Assembly: GCA_040954595.2 (NCBI GenBank)
Contig: CM082585.2
Span: forward strand, 5,667,808-5,731,807
DNA length: 64,000 nucleotides
DNA from: Balanoglossus misakiensis
Lineage: Eukaryota > Animalia > Hemichordata
Direction of reading: 5' to 3'
The notes under the pieces were generated by a model. That model made no database searches. It was not told where the DNA came from and saw only the letters and a program-made list of their open reading frames with translations. The translations under genes were made by a program, and so were the position numbers. Position 1 is the stretch's first letter, and each line of letters starts with the position of its first letter. Shown here in pieces: positions 24,181 to 37,345 of the stretch.

Positions 24181-27100
24181 TTAGTCGCTGTAGTCACTGC
24201 TGCTGGCGCCCTCATGTTCGACACAAGGTAACATTCGTAAGGTGATACCGTCGTCTTCTCCGGCGTCAAGCCATCTATATTAAAAAAAGAAACACATATT
24301 AAGGAACTCTTTTCCACTACTTCATAAGATAACATGTGATATACCGTAGGATTGCCAACTATTTTACGAACTTGCATGGGTCAAAGGTCAACTCTTACCT
24401 TCTGCATGGGAAATAGTAGACCGTATCTGAGGAGGGATCAACGATTTTCACTCTCTTCAGATGCCATCCAGAACCTATAAAACAGATATTTGAAGTCATT
24501 GTATGGTTCTGGCTATTCCCATTTTGTTAAAATATTTCATCCTACCCATGCTGTTACGTCAATATTTGTTCTCACAAATGTCCTGACGGAAATTTGGCAA
24601 AAATTAATAAACAAAATTTTAACGTTGTCTTTGATGAAAAATAGGCCTCTGAAAAAGTCTTGACGGTTTCGTGCAATGCCACCTTAAAAAGTAGTTTTAA
24701 TTGCGATGACCAGCCCAAATTCAGTTGCCGAAGGGCAGAGTCTAGTTTACTCAAAAGTTGCAGAGCACTATGAAAAAAATGGCGGGAAACTGAATAATTA
24801 CCAGGTCCATCGTTGTCGTGACCAATGACGATTCTCTGAAGCTCTCCCAGATTTAAAGTTTCTATCGTGAATTTATCGTCCTGCAAGAAAAAAAAATAAT
24901 AAAAAATAAAATAATCGAAGCAAATCCGGGTATAAATGAATACGTATTTCATGACTTCTATATTGTTCAACTTTTTTTACATTTTGTCATTTTTCTGTAC
25001 AAAGTTTCCAAATGACCCAACATCGCTTTGGTGTATGAACTCCCATTTCTTAAGAATGGCAAAATTCGGCCATCTTGAAATTGTGTCGACCATATGAGAT
25101 TTCCATCACTTGACTCGGTAGTAGTTAACTTACATTTCCACGTTCGAACATGGTGAGATCATCCAGATAGTTGTCGCCGTTCAGTTCATGCGGCCCGCTC
25201 TCGCCTCGTTCGCCGAAGATCGTCATGTAAACGTCGGCGTTGGTTCCCGCGCCGAGTTTCTTACTGGTCTGCACCGACACCAAGTATTTCACCGCTGAAA
25301 ATAAAAAAGAGGCGATAGTCACGGATGAGGTGACTGATTTCTCTGACACGTTTATCATACAAAGGTAGATTTCAACAATATGGTAGTGAAGCATGTTGGA
25401 TGAGGCTTTATTTTAAGCAAAGCATCTTCCGCATGGAAGGCAAACAATTGAACTTTCTCCTTCCCTTATTTTCAGAAAATCAAGTATCTTAAATAAAACA
25501 CAATATAGGGAGACTATGATCTGAACCATTTCATATCATTGGTTATATTATAGCAGTGTAACATGGCCACAAATACATCGTTGTGATTGGAGGAGGGGGG
25601 GGGGGGGCTTGTGCAAGGACTCGCTGAAGACAACCGCGCGACTCGCGCAAGATGTAGACTTCGCGTGGGTGAGATCATTTTGGAACAAGACATGTTTTTG
25701 CCACGTCGGTGTTGTCACACCTGGCCCACGTGTTGCCTCTCCCCGCGTAGTCCAGCTATCAACATGATCTACCTATCAACTTCTTGCATTAATTGATCAC
25801 ACATTTCATCCGAAAGCCACACAAGAGACGCGCGAAGAAGGTTGCCTCTCATCGACACCCCTCCCCACACGCATAACAGAAGGAGGCATCTGTTTTGTTG
25901 TTGCAAATTGCATTTTTTTTTAAACAACGCGAGCGAATGTGTATAGTTTCCTTCAACCAGCGCGACAGCCAATCTCAAGCAGACTAAAAAACAAGATTAC
26001 ACTATCGCTCGGTGATGGCCTTATCATCTGGACCTTGGTGAACGGCAGTGCAATTATCACCACATCAGCTAAAAAATCGACATCCGGGTTCAATAATTGA
26101 TCATCTGGGAGCATATTTCTCTGGTGTTCTCCAGAGCACTGAAGGGACAATTATGCTCTGCTAATTTGCAAACTGAAATCGCCAAAATGAAGATCAGATA
26201 TGCGTTTGTATGTGTGCCTGATAGGCATCTGGTAACACAGGTATGCCCCACCTGTAACACAGTTAGTAGACGTTTAAAATCTGTCGCTAAGTGCTAAATT
26301 ACACACTTGTCTCTTAAAATTTAGCGACGGGTTAATGAATCATCTATGTACACCAGTCATACGAGCTTAATTAATAGATGTAGTAAACGAGATTACGCCT
26401 CTGTAGTCTGATAGCAAGGCATAGGTGCGGCCGGTTCAAAGGTCGCCGGTATGAGCGTGTACCTGGGCGCCACATCAGTTTTGTAAGGACGATTTTGAGG
26501 AAGTGATACCCTTGGCTGTCTTTCACATTTCATCCAGAAAACAGGGGGCAAACTTCTTACATTTGAAGAAAACCGCAAAAACAACAACTGTGGTAGCAAT
26601 GGACGATCGAGTCAGTTTTTTTTACTAAGTCCACCCAAGTTCAAAGTTCAAGATAAAGCATGGTATCATCGCATTAAACAGACAGATACGGACACGTTGT
26701 AAATGTAAATACGCAAACTACAACCGTTCTTCTCGCCCATGTCTGAAATAATATCCATTTCGACACAATAGTATTCTGCATCTTACACCAGATTCTCAAC
26801 GGGGGCTATAGCATCACAAATGACTCAGCCATGCATATACATACAGTATATACTAACTACGGTTTTTCATTAAGGAATTCGTTGCTCAGTCTTGGGTGGG
26901 TTATTAACTTTTAAACTGTGAATTCCAAAGCCAATCATTTACGTATCACTAGGCGTAGACTGTAGGCTTCAAATAACAAAAAAGTTTTGTATTAAGTTTA
27001 ACTTGTCAAACATTCCCTTCACGATGACTATTTAACCGTTTTTGGTTCCCTTCAGTTTCCTCAATTCAAAATACAGATGATAGGATTGTGTTGTTGCCGC

Positions 27101-27574
27101 CAATTTTACCGTCGTTGTGTACGGTTTGAGAATTTTTGTTCTCCTAGCCACTGTCTATACGGAATACATTTGGTGGCCAGAAACTAGACTCAAGCAAAAG
27201 TTTAGCTTGGTAAAAGGATACATTGATTTTAGCAGCAACAGCGCCTTAGCGTTTGCTGGAAATGATTCTGACCATCGTAAATTGTATATTGTTTTTACAT
27301 AACGCGAAAATCGCTCAAATCCATCCCGTAATCACGCAGCTGCGAGATATATATCACGATCCACGGATGTTTGCCGTGACCAAAAAAAGTGTGCCCCAGA
27401 AATACAAAAGAAACCCCAAAACTACCAATTTGTAGTGACCCTGAAGATATCGGACCCGCCCATCTCCCGAATATGCAGTTTACCACAAGAATTTGAAGAA
27501 AAAAATTAAATATTTCCAGGCTTACGTTCGATCTCCATGTCCGCCAATTCGGCCAACAGTTTGCACTTCAACAT
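24181..27574 (-). CDS. PLAT/LH2 domain protein C (single PLAT domain), 5 exons, ~152 aa
   Basis: Exons 27574-27526 (MLKCKLLAELADMEIE, least certain), 25294-25134, 24880-24802, 24474-24399, 24274-24181; phase-consistent (459 nt). Motifs: YLVSVQTS..GAGTNADVYMTIFGERG, FERG, LGELQRIVIGHDN, GWHLKRV, FPCRRWLD..EDDG. Confidence 0.85.
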
Positions 27575-29618
27575 GATTGCACTTCAGCTGTCTTCAAAAT
27601 TTCCCAAGAGAATTTTCTTCGAGCGTCTTCCCGGTACGTCAATCTTCGGCAATGTCCCTGGTGGAGAGCGAGGCAAGTCCCAGCATTCATTGCGGTCACC
27701 GCATACAGCGTTGTCCGTCAAGTCATCGAACTTTGTGGAAGTTCGCGCCGGGGGGGGGGGGGGGGGGTTAAGAAATAAATAAATGACTGCCTTCAAAAAC
27801 GTTATATTCTTTGACATATGAAGTTATTTGCCCATAGAGTTAACACAGAGACTGAGTAGCCATTTTGATGCTCAAATTTGGGACATTATTTCGCTCTTTC
27901 CAAATTTTACATGGCAGTCCCCAATTTTTCTGTCTCAGTTTAAGACAATATTCAAATGCAAACTCTAGTAATACACGGGACGTTTAAGACATCAAATTGC
28001 ATATTACTAGTAACTTAAGACGCAATCTGTGGGACTCCAATCTAAAACGATGCTTAGCTGGTGCGCATATGTTGCCATGTCAACAATAACTAAACTGCTA
28101 TGTTTGTCTATCAAAACTCTCGTCAACAAAAACGAAAGATGTCGCAAATGTGTCGCGAAAGGCGCATTATTCGACTAACAACCTCAGGGTACCAAGGTAA
28201 AGCTGCAAATCACGTGACATTTGCTTTAATTCAGTTTTTTTGCTGTTGATCAATGAAGAAAACACCGCAGGTTATCTGTAGCAAGACGTTTTTATTTATT
28301 CAAAACTGGGTTTATAACGTCAGAATACCAAAATAGAAGATACATCTTTCACTTTACAAACGTTGGCTTAAAGATATGGGTACACGTATAACAAGAAGCA
28401 TAATGTATTACCAGAAGACACCTGTTGCCTCTTAAAGCGTGAGCGTCGTCTCATCTGCGCGTGCGGGTACTATACGACTGCTACAATGTACGTCATTGAT
28501 AACAATAGGGTTGTTACTTTGTATTACAATGTATATTGTGGTAAACGATGCGTTATTACTTTTTGTCACGCTTCAACTTAACATGAATTGGTTGGCAAAG
28601 TCTCCTTAAAAATAGAACAATACTGAAAGTGTTTATAAACAGAAAAGTCACTCATGTGAAGTTCAGACGACCCCTTTTAATTTTTCACGTGTATATGTGT
28701 AATTTGGTACTAGTATTTACCCCACTGTCTTTTCTGTGTCACAAAGAAATCGAACCCTCAAGCTAAAGTTGTTGAAAACAGAAAAAACAATGTCACCTAA
28801 ATTACAAACGATACGTATAACAGTGAGTATGGCTTTGAAATATCTTAGAGTAGTACTGTCTGGACTAATTGTAAGTGAGACTATATGTACTCAAAATAAT
28901 AATTATATGATATTGAACGCAAAATGCAACTTACATGTATAGCAAAAGTATAATCACAACAAACGGGAAACTATTTGAGTGTGAATCAGCTATTGGAGTC
29001 AACAAATAACCGTGCTTTGGGGGAATAAATAACAGCAGTTGTTTTCGTGATTTGACATCGGACTCCTCGAGACTCCTCGAGATCTCGCGTGGCTTGGCAA
29101 TTTATACGGGAGGATATTACCGTGTCACTCAGGACAACAACACATGGCCCATCGTGTTAAAAGGCAAAAAGTCACAATGGTTGTTAAACTCTGCGCTTAT
29201 TCTAGTTCCATACAAAATTTGCATTACTTCATCCCGCTACTGAGGTAATAACAAATTCTCGCGAGATCTTGCAATCAGTTACATGTACATGTGACGTGAA
29301 TTCTCATCATCGTCAAAATGGCGGACATGTCAAGACTACTTAGGTTGATAAAACGACGAGGACACATGACGTGATAGTTGACAGCAAGAAAGATAATATG
29401 AAGTAATTTTATGCAACCAAGGAACTACTTCGGATGAACTTACAGCCTAGCATGACTTCAAGTAAGTGTGTTAAAATAATGCATCTTCGAATTCGACAGC
29501 GTTTAAAGAATAAGCAAACCAGTACGTCGCTTCACACTGAGAAATTCATGCACCCTACATCGAAGTATAATACTGACGCAGATCCATCCCAACCACTGTC
29601 TGTGATGTAATATAGCAT

Positions 29619-31335
29619 TTATTTCATGTTGACGGCAAGTTGGCTGATGTAGCTGGCGCTGTTACTTTTGCCCGGTCGACGAAGTTTAACGCCCTCACCG
29701 GAGTGGTTACCGTTGGCCTGCTTTGTGGTGGAAATCTTCCCCGCGCTCGGTTGCTTGGATACCTGCGAGGATCGGCGATCACTGGGCGCGTTCGCGGTAG
29801 AGATTTTCCGACCGTTCGACTGGAGGCAAATTGATGAATTGGATGTGCGGCGCTGTCCGTCGCAGGGTTGATTCGCCGTGGAAATCTTGCGCTCGTTGGG
29901 TGGGTTTACCGTAGAAATCTTGCGCTCTTTCGGCTGGGTTACCGTAGAAATCTTGCGCTCTTTTGGCTGGGTTACCGTAGAAATCTTGCGTTCCGCCGTC
30001 TTCGCTTTCGAGACATTCATTGTGACGGTAGCGCCTTTCATTGCCGTCTCGTCAACGTAGTACGCGTCGGATCCCCCATTCTCTCCGTTCTGGCCAAGAA
30101 CCTCTTGGAATTTGAAGTAGCACTTCTCGGCAAATACAGCGTTGGCGACGGCTGTCTCGCTGCTTCCCGCCCTCAGGATCTCGTCCACGCCAGGATTTCC
30201 CGCCTCGCTCCTCACCGGCAAGGGCGGTGCCGACGCAGTGCTGGTGCGCTCGATGATCCGAGTCTGCCCGGCCATGTTGTGCTTCAGGAGACCGCCGGGC
30301 GCCAGGCGGGGGCTTGTCATCAGCCGGGGCGACCGTCGCGGGTCCGGCTGGGCGAGGTGAATGGCCGGCTCGGACATCTTCCTGACCCGGAACTCGGCGT
30401 ACCGTTTCATGTTGCAAGGGGAGGTGTTCGGCGGCTTCACTTTCAGCTCGCCTTGCTCGATGATGATGTCGCTGTCGGTGCGCGACCGACGCCGACCGGG
30501 CATGATCGGCGACACTTTCAGCGTGTCCAGCCGGTGGGAGTTCTCCGTGCAGCTGTTCACGGAACTTTTCCGGCTGCCCCTCTCCCTCTCCGAGTTCAGG
30601 ATGCATTGGCTGATAGAGGGCGCTATGATGCTGACCTGACTGCGGGAAGCCATGCTCTTGACGCCACAGTTGTGATTCGGATAAAAGGTGTCGCCGAGTC
30701 TATGAACAAAGATGACGGGAGAGAGGGAGGGAGTAAGCTGACATTTAGAGAGAAAAATACAGATAGTGGACCTTTAAGGCTGAGTCTTATACGAACTCCT
30801 ACTTTAATGAACTACTTCACAGAGAAACAAAGTTAACGTCCTTCTTGCAACAACGACATAGTTTTGCTAAGAGTAACTTCGAAGATGACTAACCTCGTGT
30901 ACTATTTAAGTCCTTCTAACTTTTCTCTGAAATGTTTCTCCCGAAACAAAGGAATGGCGAATGTCTACGAGCGCACACCACCAAACAATACATTAAATTA
31001 GTGAAACTCTAACGTACCTATGACTAGTGTCCACCCTGACAAAAATTCCGTAGTTCTGCTCTAGGATCTTTTTCATTGCCTCCAAAACTTGGTCGATCTT
31101 GTCTGACACCATGCACATCTTGGTGAAAGTGAATATCCCCGGAGTTGTGCGCCCTCTGCGACAGCATCGGTTGCAGGTCTCAAACCAAAATATCTGTGGG
31201 CTCAAAGGTCACCATGCTTACTTATTCCATTCAGTTAAGATCTCCCCAAGAATGGACAATAGATACATAGATACATACATAGATACATAGATACATAGAT
31301 ACATACATAGATACATAGATACATAGATACATACA

Positions 31336-31369
<34 letters not shown>

Positions 31370-34300
31370 CATACATACATACATACATACATACATACAT
31401 ACATACATACATACATACATGAGTATGCAATTGATACGCAGAACAAAGAATATGCCATGAGTACAGCTAAATATGGGATATGTAAAAAGGGTTCATTTTC
31501 AAGAGTCGTGTTGTCTCATTTTTGAGCTCCCTAATGTAAACGTGTCACCGCAAGACTATGACCAGCTGGTACATGGTCGTCTATATTTTAAAGCATTGTA
31601 GTTTGCATTCATTCCATTGTTAACGACCGAAATGGGCATGATAATACAGCCCCATCGATCGCGTTTGTATGACAGGCTTTTAAATAGAACCATCGATTCG
31701 GATTCTGACCTGTTCTGACGTGATGATGTTGCCATAGACGACGATTTTTGAAATCTCGAAACTGCTGATGACGTCGTTTGTCCGCGGGCATGACAACATC
31801 AGGAGGTCTTCTTTGAAGCGTATCACCGCCTCGCCAGCCTTTAGGTGTTGCTGTTTCGGCACACTGACGTGAAATGATTCGTCTGTAAGAAAAAAATACA
31901 TGTAGAGTCAAACCTGTGAAACTGACCACCTCCATATAGTGGCCACACCTACACTGTGGCCTATGCATTGCCATATACATGTGCATTAACGGACCTGTCT
32001 ATAAAGGGCAGTTTTTCGTAAAGAGCTTCCAATACACAGCTACAGACCGAGAAATATAGTTCCTCGAAGAACCCACCCGTTTCGACCACCTCGTACAACC
32101 TTGATATCCATTCCGTCATTTCATCCTCGTCCGAGGCCTTCAGATACACTTTGCGCTTCTTCGTCAAGACGACGAACACGTTCTTCTTCGAGTTGGGGTC
32201 GACGCGCACTGAAATGAAATCCTCCAGCGAGATCCTGTCTTGAACGTTTCTTCTTGCGACGCCAGAGTAGACAGTTAGCACCCTTCCACCTGGTCGATAA
32301 AAGGGGGGAAAATTACCTCGAGGAAAATAATAATCGATTTATTGGAAATGTGTCCAGTCAATAAGCAGGGATGTCGGCATAACCGTTTAGCCGGAGTGAA
32401 TGGATATTGACAATTGGCTAGAGCAGGAAACAAGGAAGTCCGCCCAAGAAGAAAAATCGAACCACGCTCGATAGATTTCCAGAAAGTATGACGGGTTTGG
32501 TTATCTCTGCCTATACATTGAAATTAAAGAGAGTAATATCCCGGCATGCCTGAAAAGGGTCCAGTGAATTTCGGTATAAGGTCAACGAACTTCTTTGTGT
32601 GATCATCACATCAGGTTCAGTCCAACTCATTTACTTGTTATGAACAGGAAATAATTTTATCATGAAAAGAATAATTACCAGAGTGAAATTCAGTTTTTTT
32701 TTGTTATTGCTGTCCTAGGTAGCAAAAACATTTAAGAGATAATTGTGTAATGGTAAAGGGTTATTTCTGACGATTATTCAAATTATTAGTATTGTTGTTT
32801 TACTATTATTATTAGTATTATAATATTAATTAATTTTATTCTTGCTGTTGGTGTTAATGATGGCGGAGGTGTTGTTGTTGGTAGCGGTGGCATGATTTAA
32901 ACACTACGTCTTACACATTCTTGCCACCTAGAGTATGATGCTAATGACTGATTTCATCAACGTCATTTGGGCCACTGCGCAATAGTCTACGACCTCATCA
33001 AGTCGAAGTAATTAACTCCGATGGGACTGATTTGTTCAGCAGAATATATTTTTAGCTCACGACCAACATGAGCAGAGTGAATGACTTTTGCATCCGATGA
33101 TGTCCTCTGTAATAACATCAAGCTTAGACGAACGGTTTCAATCTTAAAAGCATTGCTATTGTGCGAAGGTGTCTTATCTGGGTTTATCTTCCCGTGAGTT
33201 CAATGTTCGATCGCAGCCGCAGATGGGACGACGCTCACCCTTTAACTAAACCACAATTAGAAATTCACAGGATATTAATTTACAATGTTACAACTTACCT
33301 TTCTCGGAGTGTGAAATTATAAACCATTGTTTCTTCCATACTGTCTGCAATAACAATATTGAAATTAGCAAATATTTTGTTTACTTTGATAATGTTTATG
33401 CGCAAATGATTAATTACTTTCTTTGTGTGCGTAAAGCCCATAATTGAGTTGCTCTAATTTCGCATCATGCTTTGAAAAATTGTGGTGTATCTTCTCTCCA
33501 TCATTCTACTTAGTTAAAATTTTGATAAGCATGAAGTGAAACAACAGCTGTCGCAGAATGTCAAAATGACAAAAATATGGAGTACCGTCTCAATTGCAGT
33601 TGTTAGGATCCAATTTATTAGGGCACCAGTAAAAGTGCCTGGTGGCTGCTAATATGAGAGGGATCTCAGTACCTAATAAATTGGTTTCCAGAGTACAGAT
33701 CTTGCTGTTTGTTTTGTTGTTTTCCATGCAGATGTTGCCGCCAAGTCAAATAACAAGATAAATTTGGGAACAAACTAACAACCCTTTTCTAGTAAGTAAG
33801 CAGAACTGTGTACTGTTGTCAAATTCCTTGTTAAATTCAGCGCAAAATAAACCTCATTACACGTGTTTGTTAAGAAGATAGCAAGAATAACAGTCGACGC
33901 CGTTTGTCGTGAAATGTGACCGACGGATAATTGTTCCCATTACTGGTCAGAAGGATCTCGAGTTTCTATGGTAACAACGCTTTCATGTCCGGGTCCCTTT
34001 GAAGGCAAACAACTCGCTCTGAACACACAATGATACATGCTCAGCACGACGCGCTCTTCGCTTGCAGGGCAGCTGAGCACGCACAAAAGACAAGACGCTC
34101 GAATTCGCGGGAACGCTACTTTCGAACAACCGAGCAGATCGTCAATTAAGTGAACTAAATCCGGACTGCAGTGGAACAGAATATAAAAGAAACAAACGGC
34201 TCAAAGGATGAGTATCACTCTACTTCAAAACCCAATTCCAGAAATATCGAGGCGTTTTATACATAGAAACATTAAAAAAAAATGCCAAGCTATAGAGCGC

Positions 34301-37300
34301 GGGAAACTTTGATGTCGCGAACACCCTTCTCGTGCCGTGAAAAAAAAAATGAAGCGATTTTCATCGTACCATTGTTGGTGCAAGAGGCATTTTACATTAG
34401 GTGTATGAACATTATGTACATTGCGCTGAGTGTAACATTATTGTATCACCCAAGCAAACAATTGGTGATTTTTTTTCTCGTTTTACCAGTCTAAATCACA
34501 CGCGCCGAGTACTGAGATGTAGCCGAGAGGTATCTTAACATAGACCGAGATAATACATGTATTAACAATACCGTGGCCTGTACAGTTGTATCGCGCTTTG
34601 CAGAGTGTTTCAATACTCTTTAGAGAGCAGAAAAACGAAAACCTTTTGTGAATACATGTATCTCGAAATAGGACCTTGTCAATTCGCCAAAAGCTACGAT
34701 ATCCTTCCTTTTGTAATATTCCATTTAAGATATTACTTTCGGTACAGCACCGATCTGCTACGTTTAAAACAGGTAACCCAGACGTTTTCCTAGTACATGT
34801 AGATTTGCTCATACTGTGCTCTCAAGCCCTAGCTCTCGAAGGACGTGGATTAACAAGGAGACGCCGATCTTGCAAATCTCGTGTGATCCTTGTCAGATTT
34901 ATCAGGTTGAGCCACAGGTGAAAAAAAACAAGTAGATGGATTGAAAGATTCGCTGAATCCACGTCGCTTCTGTTAAAGGCCATTCACCCCGCGTTGTATA
35001 AGTCTCCTCATTATGATTAATTATGGGCAGTGGTAATTGCACTGGCACTTCTATTTTCTGCATAGCAGCGACCAACGCACACTTTTGTGCAGCTGAACCA
35101 ATATCTGTATGCGCTATTTGGTTACCTACCACCCGAGATCCGCTTTCTGATCCCTATATCCGTTTGATGAATAAAGGAAATGTGATCACCATTGAAACTG
35201 GCTGTCTGCGAATATAAATCGACAATGTCTGATTGTCACTGGATTTTTAATCAAAATTAAACTCCCTGACCCTTCTGAGACACAAGCAAGACTTCTTTTA
35301 TTTTAATAGTGTGACACAAAAGAAAATCTAATTGATTTAGCTGAATGGGGCGTCATTACAGAAAGAAACGTTTTTGGCCATCACCGGAAGTTGACGAGAA
35401 AGTAGTTCGGCAGGGTTGTGAAGCGGCGATTGACGCTGCGCAGATCTCCATGTGGTGCGGTTGCCAAAAAAGGCATGGCGTCACGGCATGCTGGTGCACA
35501 GATTTGGTTGCGTCACAGGCTCGTCTTCACGGGAAATGGCTGACTGTGATTGTCGTAATAAACTAAACCCTTGCCAATACATGTACTTCAGGGGGGAGAG
35601 GATATCATTAAAATCGTTTTCCTTTCAACACGGCGACGTCACAGATGCGTCAGACGAAACCAGGGTGCAAGATCGATTTCATCAGTGATCGTCACGGGGG
35701 GGGGGGGGTTGTACATAGAAAGGTGAACGGATACGTGTTGCCCGGATGGATCACTTTTTCATTCAAATAAATTCCCAAAGATTGGTCGACTATTCCCCCG
35801 AACAAAGATAGGAAATGGTCACATGCATGCTTTTGATAAAAAAACTTCGCATGCAACACAGCTCTGGCAAATGAACTGAAGACATCTCAAATTTTGATTA
35901 GGAATCCCTAAACGATGCGTCAAATTTTTGAGCTTACATGGGTTGATGTTTTGAACTTGGAGGCACACCCCCGTATGAAAATAGTGGGAGTACCCCCCCC
36001 CCCCCCTCGGGGGGGGGATTGCCAACATCCCTGGCTTTACCATATGTTCTTGTCGAAGGCAACTGGTTATTATACTGTCTACAAGTTTCAGCATGTCGAC
36101 GCGTTTGGTCTTTTCCAAAAGCGGCAGTTAAATCACCTAGATCATTCATTCACTAAACTGCGGAGGCAATCTAGCTGACATGTATATATGCTCTGCATGA
36201 CAATTTGAACTCTTCATGTGACCTTACAACAATTTTCGATGATTACGAATGGTGAGGACCCCCCCCCCCAAAAAAAAACACCCCAAACCAAACCAAACCA
36301 AAACAAATCATGGTTTTATGATTGCAATGGGTTGCATCCAAGGTAATGCTATGCAGACTTTGAGCTCGTCAATTGACATAGAGCAATGAACACATCACTT
36401 CAAAGTCTTTACGCTGAGAAATTGAATTGCTAAACTGCTTCCGTCTGTCTGTCTGTCTGTCTGTCTGTCTGTTTCTTTCCCTCTCTCTCTCCCTCTCTGA
36501 GTGGTACAGGGTAAAGCTAAGCGATGAAGAAGCATGGTTAAAGTACCTGTAGGAATTCAGAACAAAGTCGCCTTTCAAAAAAATAATTCTTTCGATCGAT
36601 CCCCCAGTACTAAATGCCATCTTATTGATTTGGAAATAAATCCATTATGCCGACGGATTCGTATATCAGAGGTTAGCCCCCTTGAGTAAGACATTTTCAA
36701 ATATCGGTTTCAACAAAAGGTGGATGGTGTAAGGATTACATGAATGTAGTCCATAGTCACAACACTCTTTTAACACGAAGAGAACAGACGATTCCTTCTA
36801 AATATTTGATAAGCGATTTCTCAGATATAAAAAAATCATTATGCCTAGTAGTCAGAAAGATGAAAATTTAAAATTTCTAACTTAAGATCGTGTTGTTGTT
36901 ATGGTTTTGCGCGTTACTGTATTTCACAGAGGGTTAATCCATATGAGTTTTTCCCCGAGAAAGACTGCTATGTGAGAGACCTGATTCTAAAGCTAGAATG
37001 AACATGTACATATTTTATGTGGCGTGCGCACTATTTTCTGATATTGCAGTTGTTGAACTGCGGGGTGTAGGAACATAGAACGAGAACAGTTCATCCAGGA
37101 GTAATGATAATGCCCTTATCTCGTTTCGTCATCAAGAATCTCCCGCCAAAACTGTGTTTTGTAGCAAGTTACTAAAGGACGACAACATGTGAGAATACAA
37201 CGAACGACAGCACCAACTTACACGTACGTATTAAAACTGTCTCTCTTACCGCGATCGCTTTGAATGTACGCAGGTGCAGATATCCGGCTTTGACCACATC

Positions 37301-37345
37301 GATGAGGTCTGCCGAATCCTTCTTCACCGCCTTTGGGTTGCTCAT
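29619..37345 (-). CDS. PH + IRS-type PTB domain adaptor (DOK/IRS-like) with a long disordered tail, 6 exons, ~594 aa
   Basis: Exons 37345-37250, 33344-33299, 32289-32077, 31882-31710, 31193-31018, 30699-29619; phase-consistent (1785 nt). PH: VVKAGYL, WKKQWFII, YLKASDEDEMTEWISRL. PTB-like: ISKIVVYG, IFWFETCNRC...GIFTF. Confidence 0.78.
29862..29993 (-). repeat. Coding 33-bp tandem repeat, 4 copies (ERKISTVTQPK-like)
   Basis: gaaatcttgcg recurs at 29881, 29914, 29947 and 29980. Confidence 0.92.
31261..31420. repeat. (ATAC/ATAG)n microsatellite, intronic
   Basis: Compound tetranucleotide run. Confidence 0.96.
33610..33684. mobile_element. Small inverted-repeat element
   Basis: Perfect 13-bp inverted repeat ccaatttattagg / cctaataaattgg. 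Confidence 0.5.

Noticed and set aside
27584-27817. In-frame ORF ending in TGA just before the PLAT-C start, as a second Sec candidate
   Set aside because: No redox motif, no SECIS seen for that gene, and it runs through a homopolymer tract; likely 5'UTR.
29868-30836. 322-aa + strand ORF
   Set aside because: Antisense shadow of the GC-rich last exon of the PH-PTB gene.
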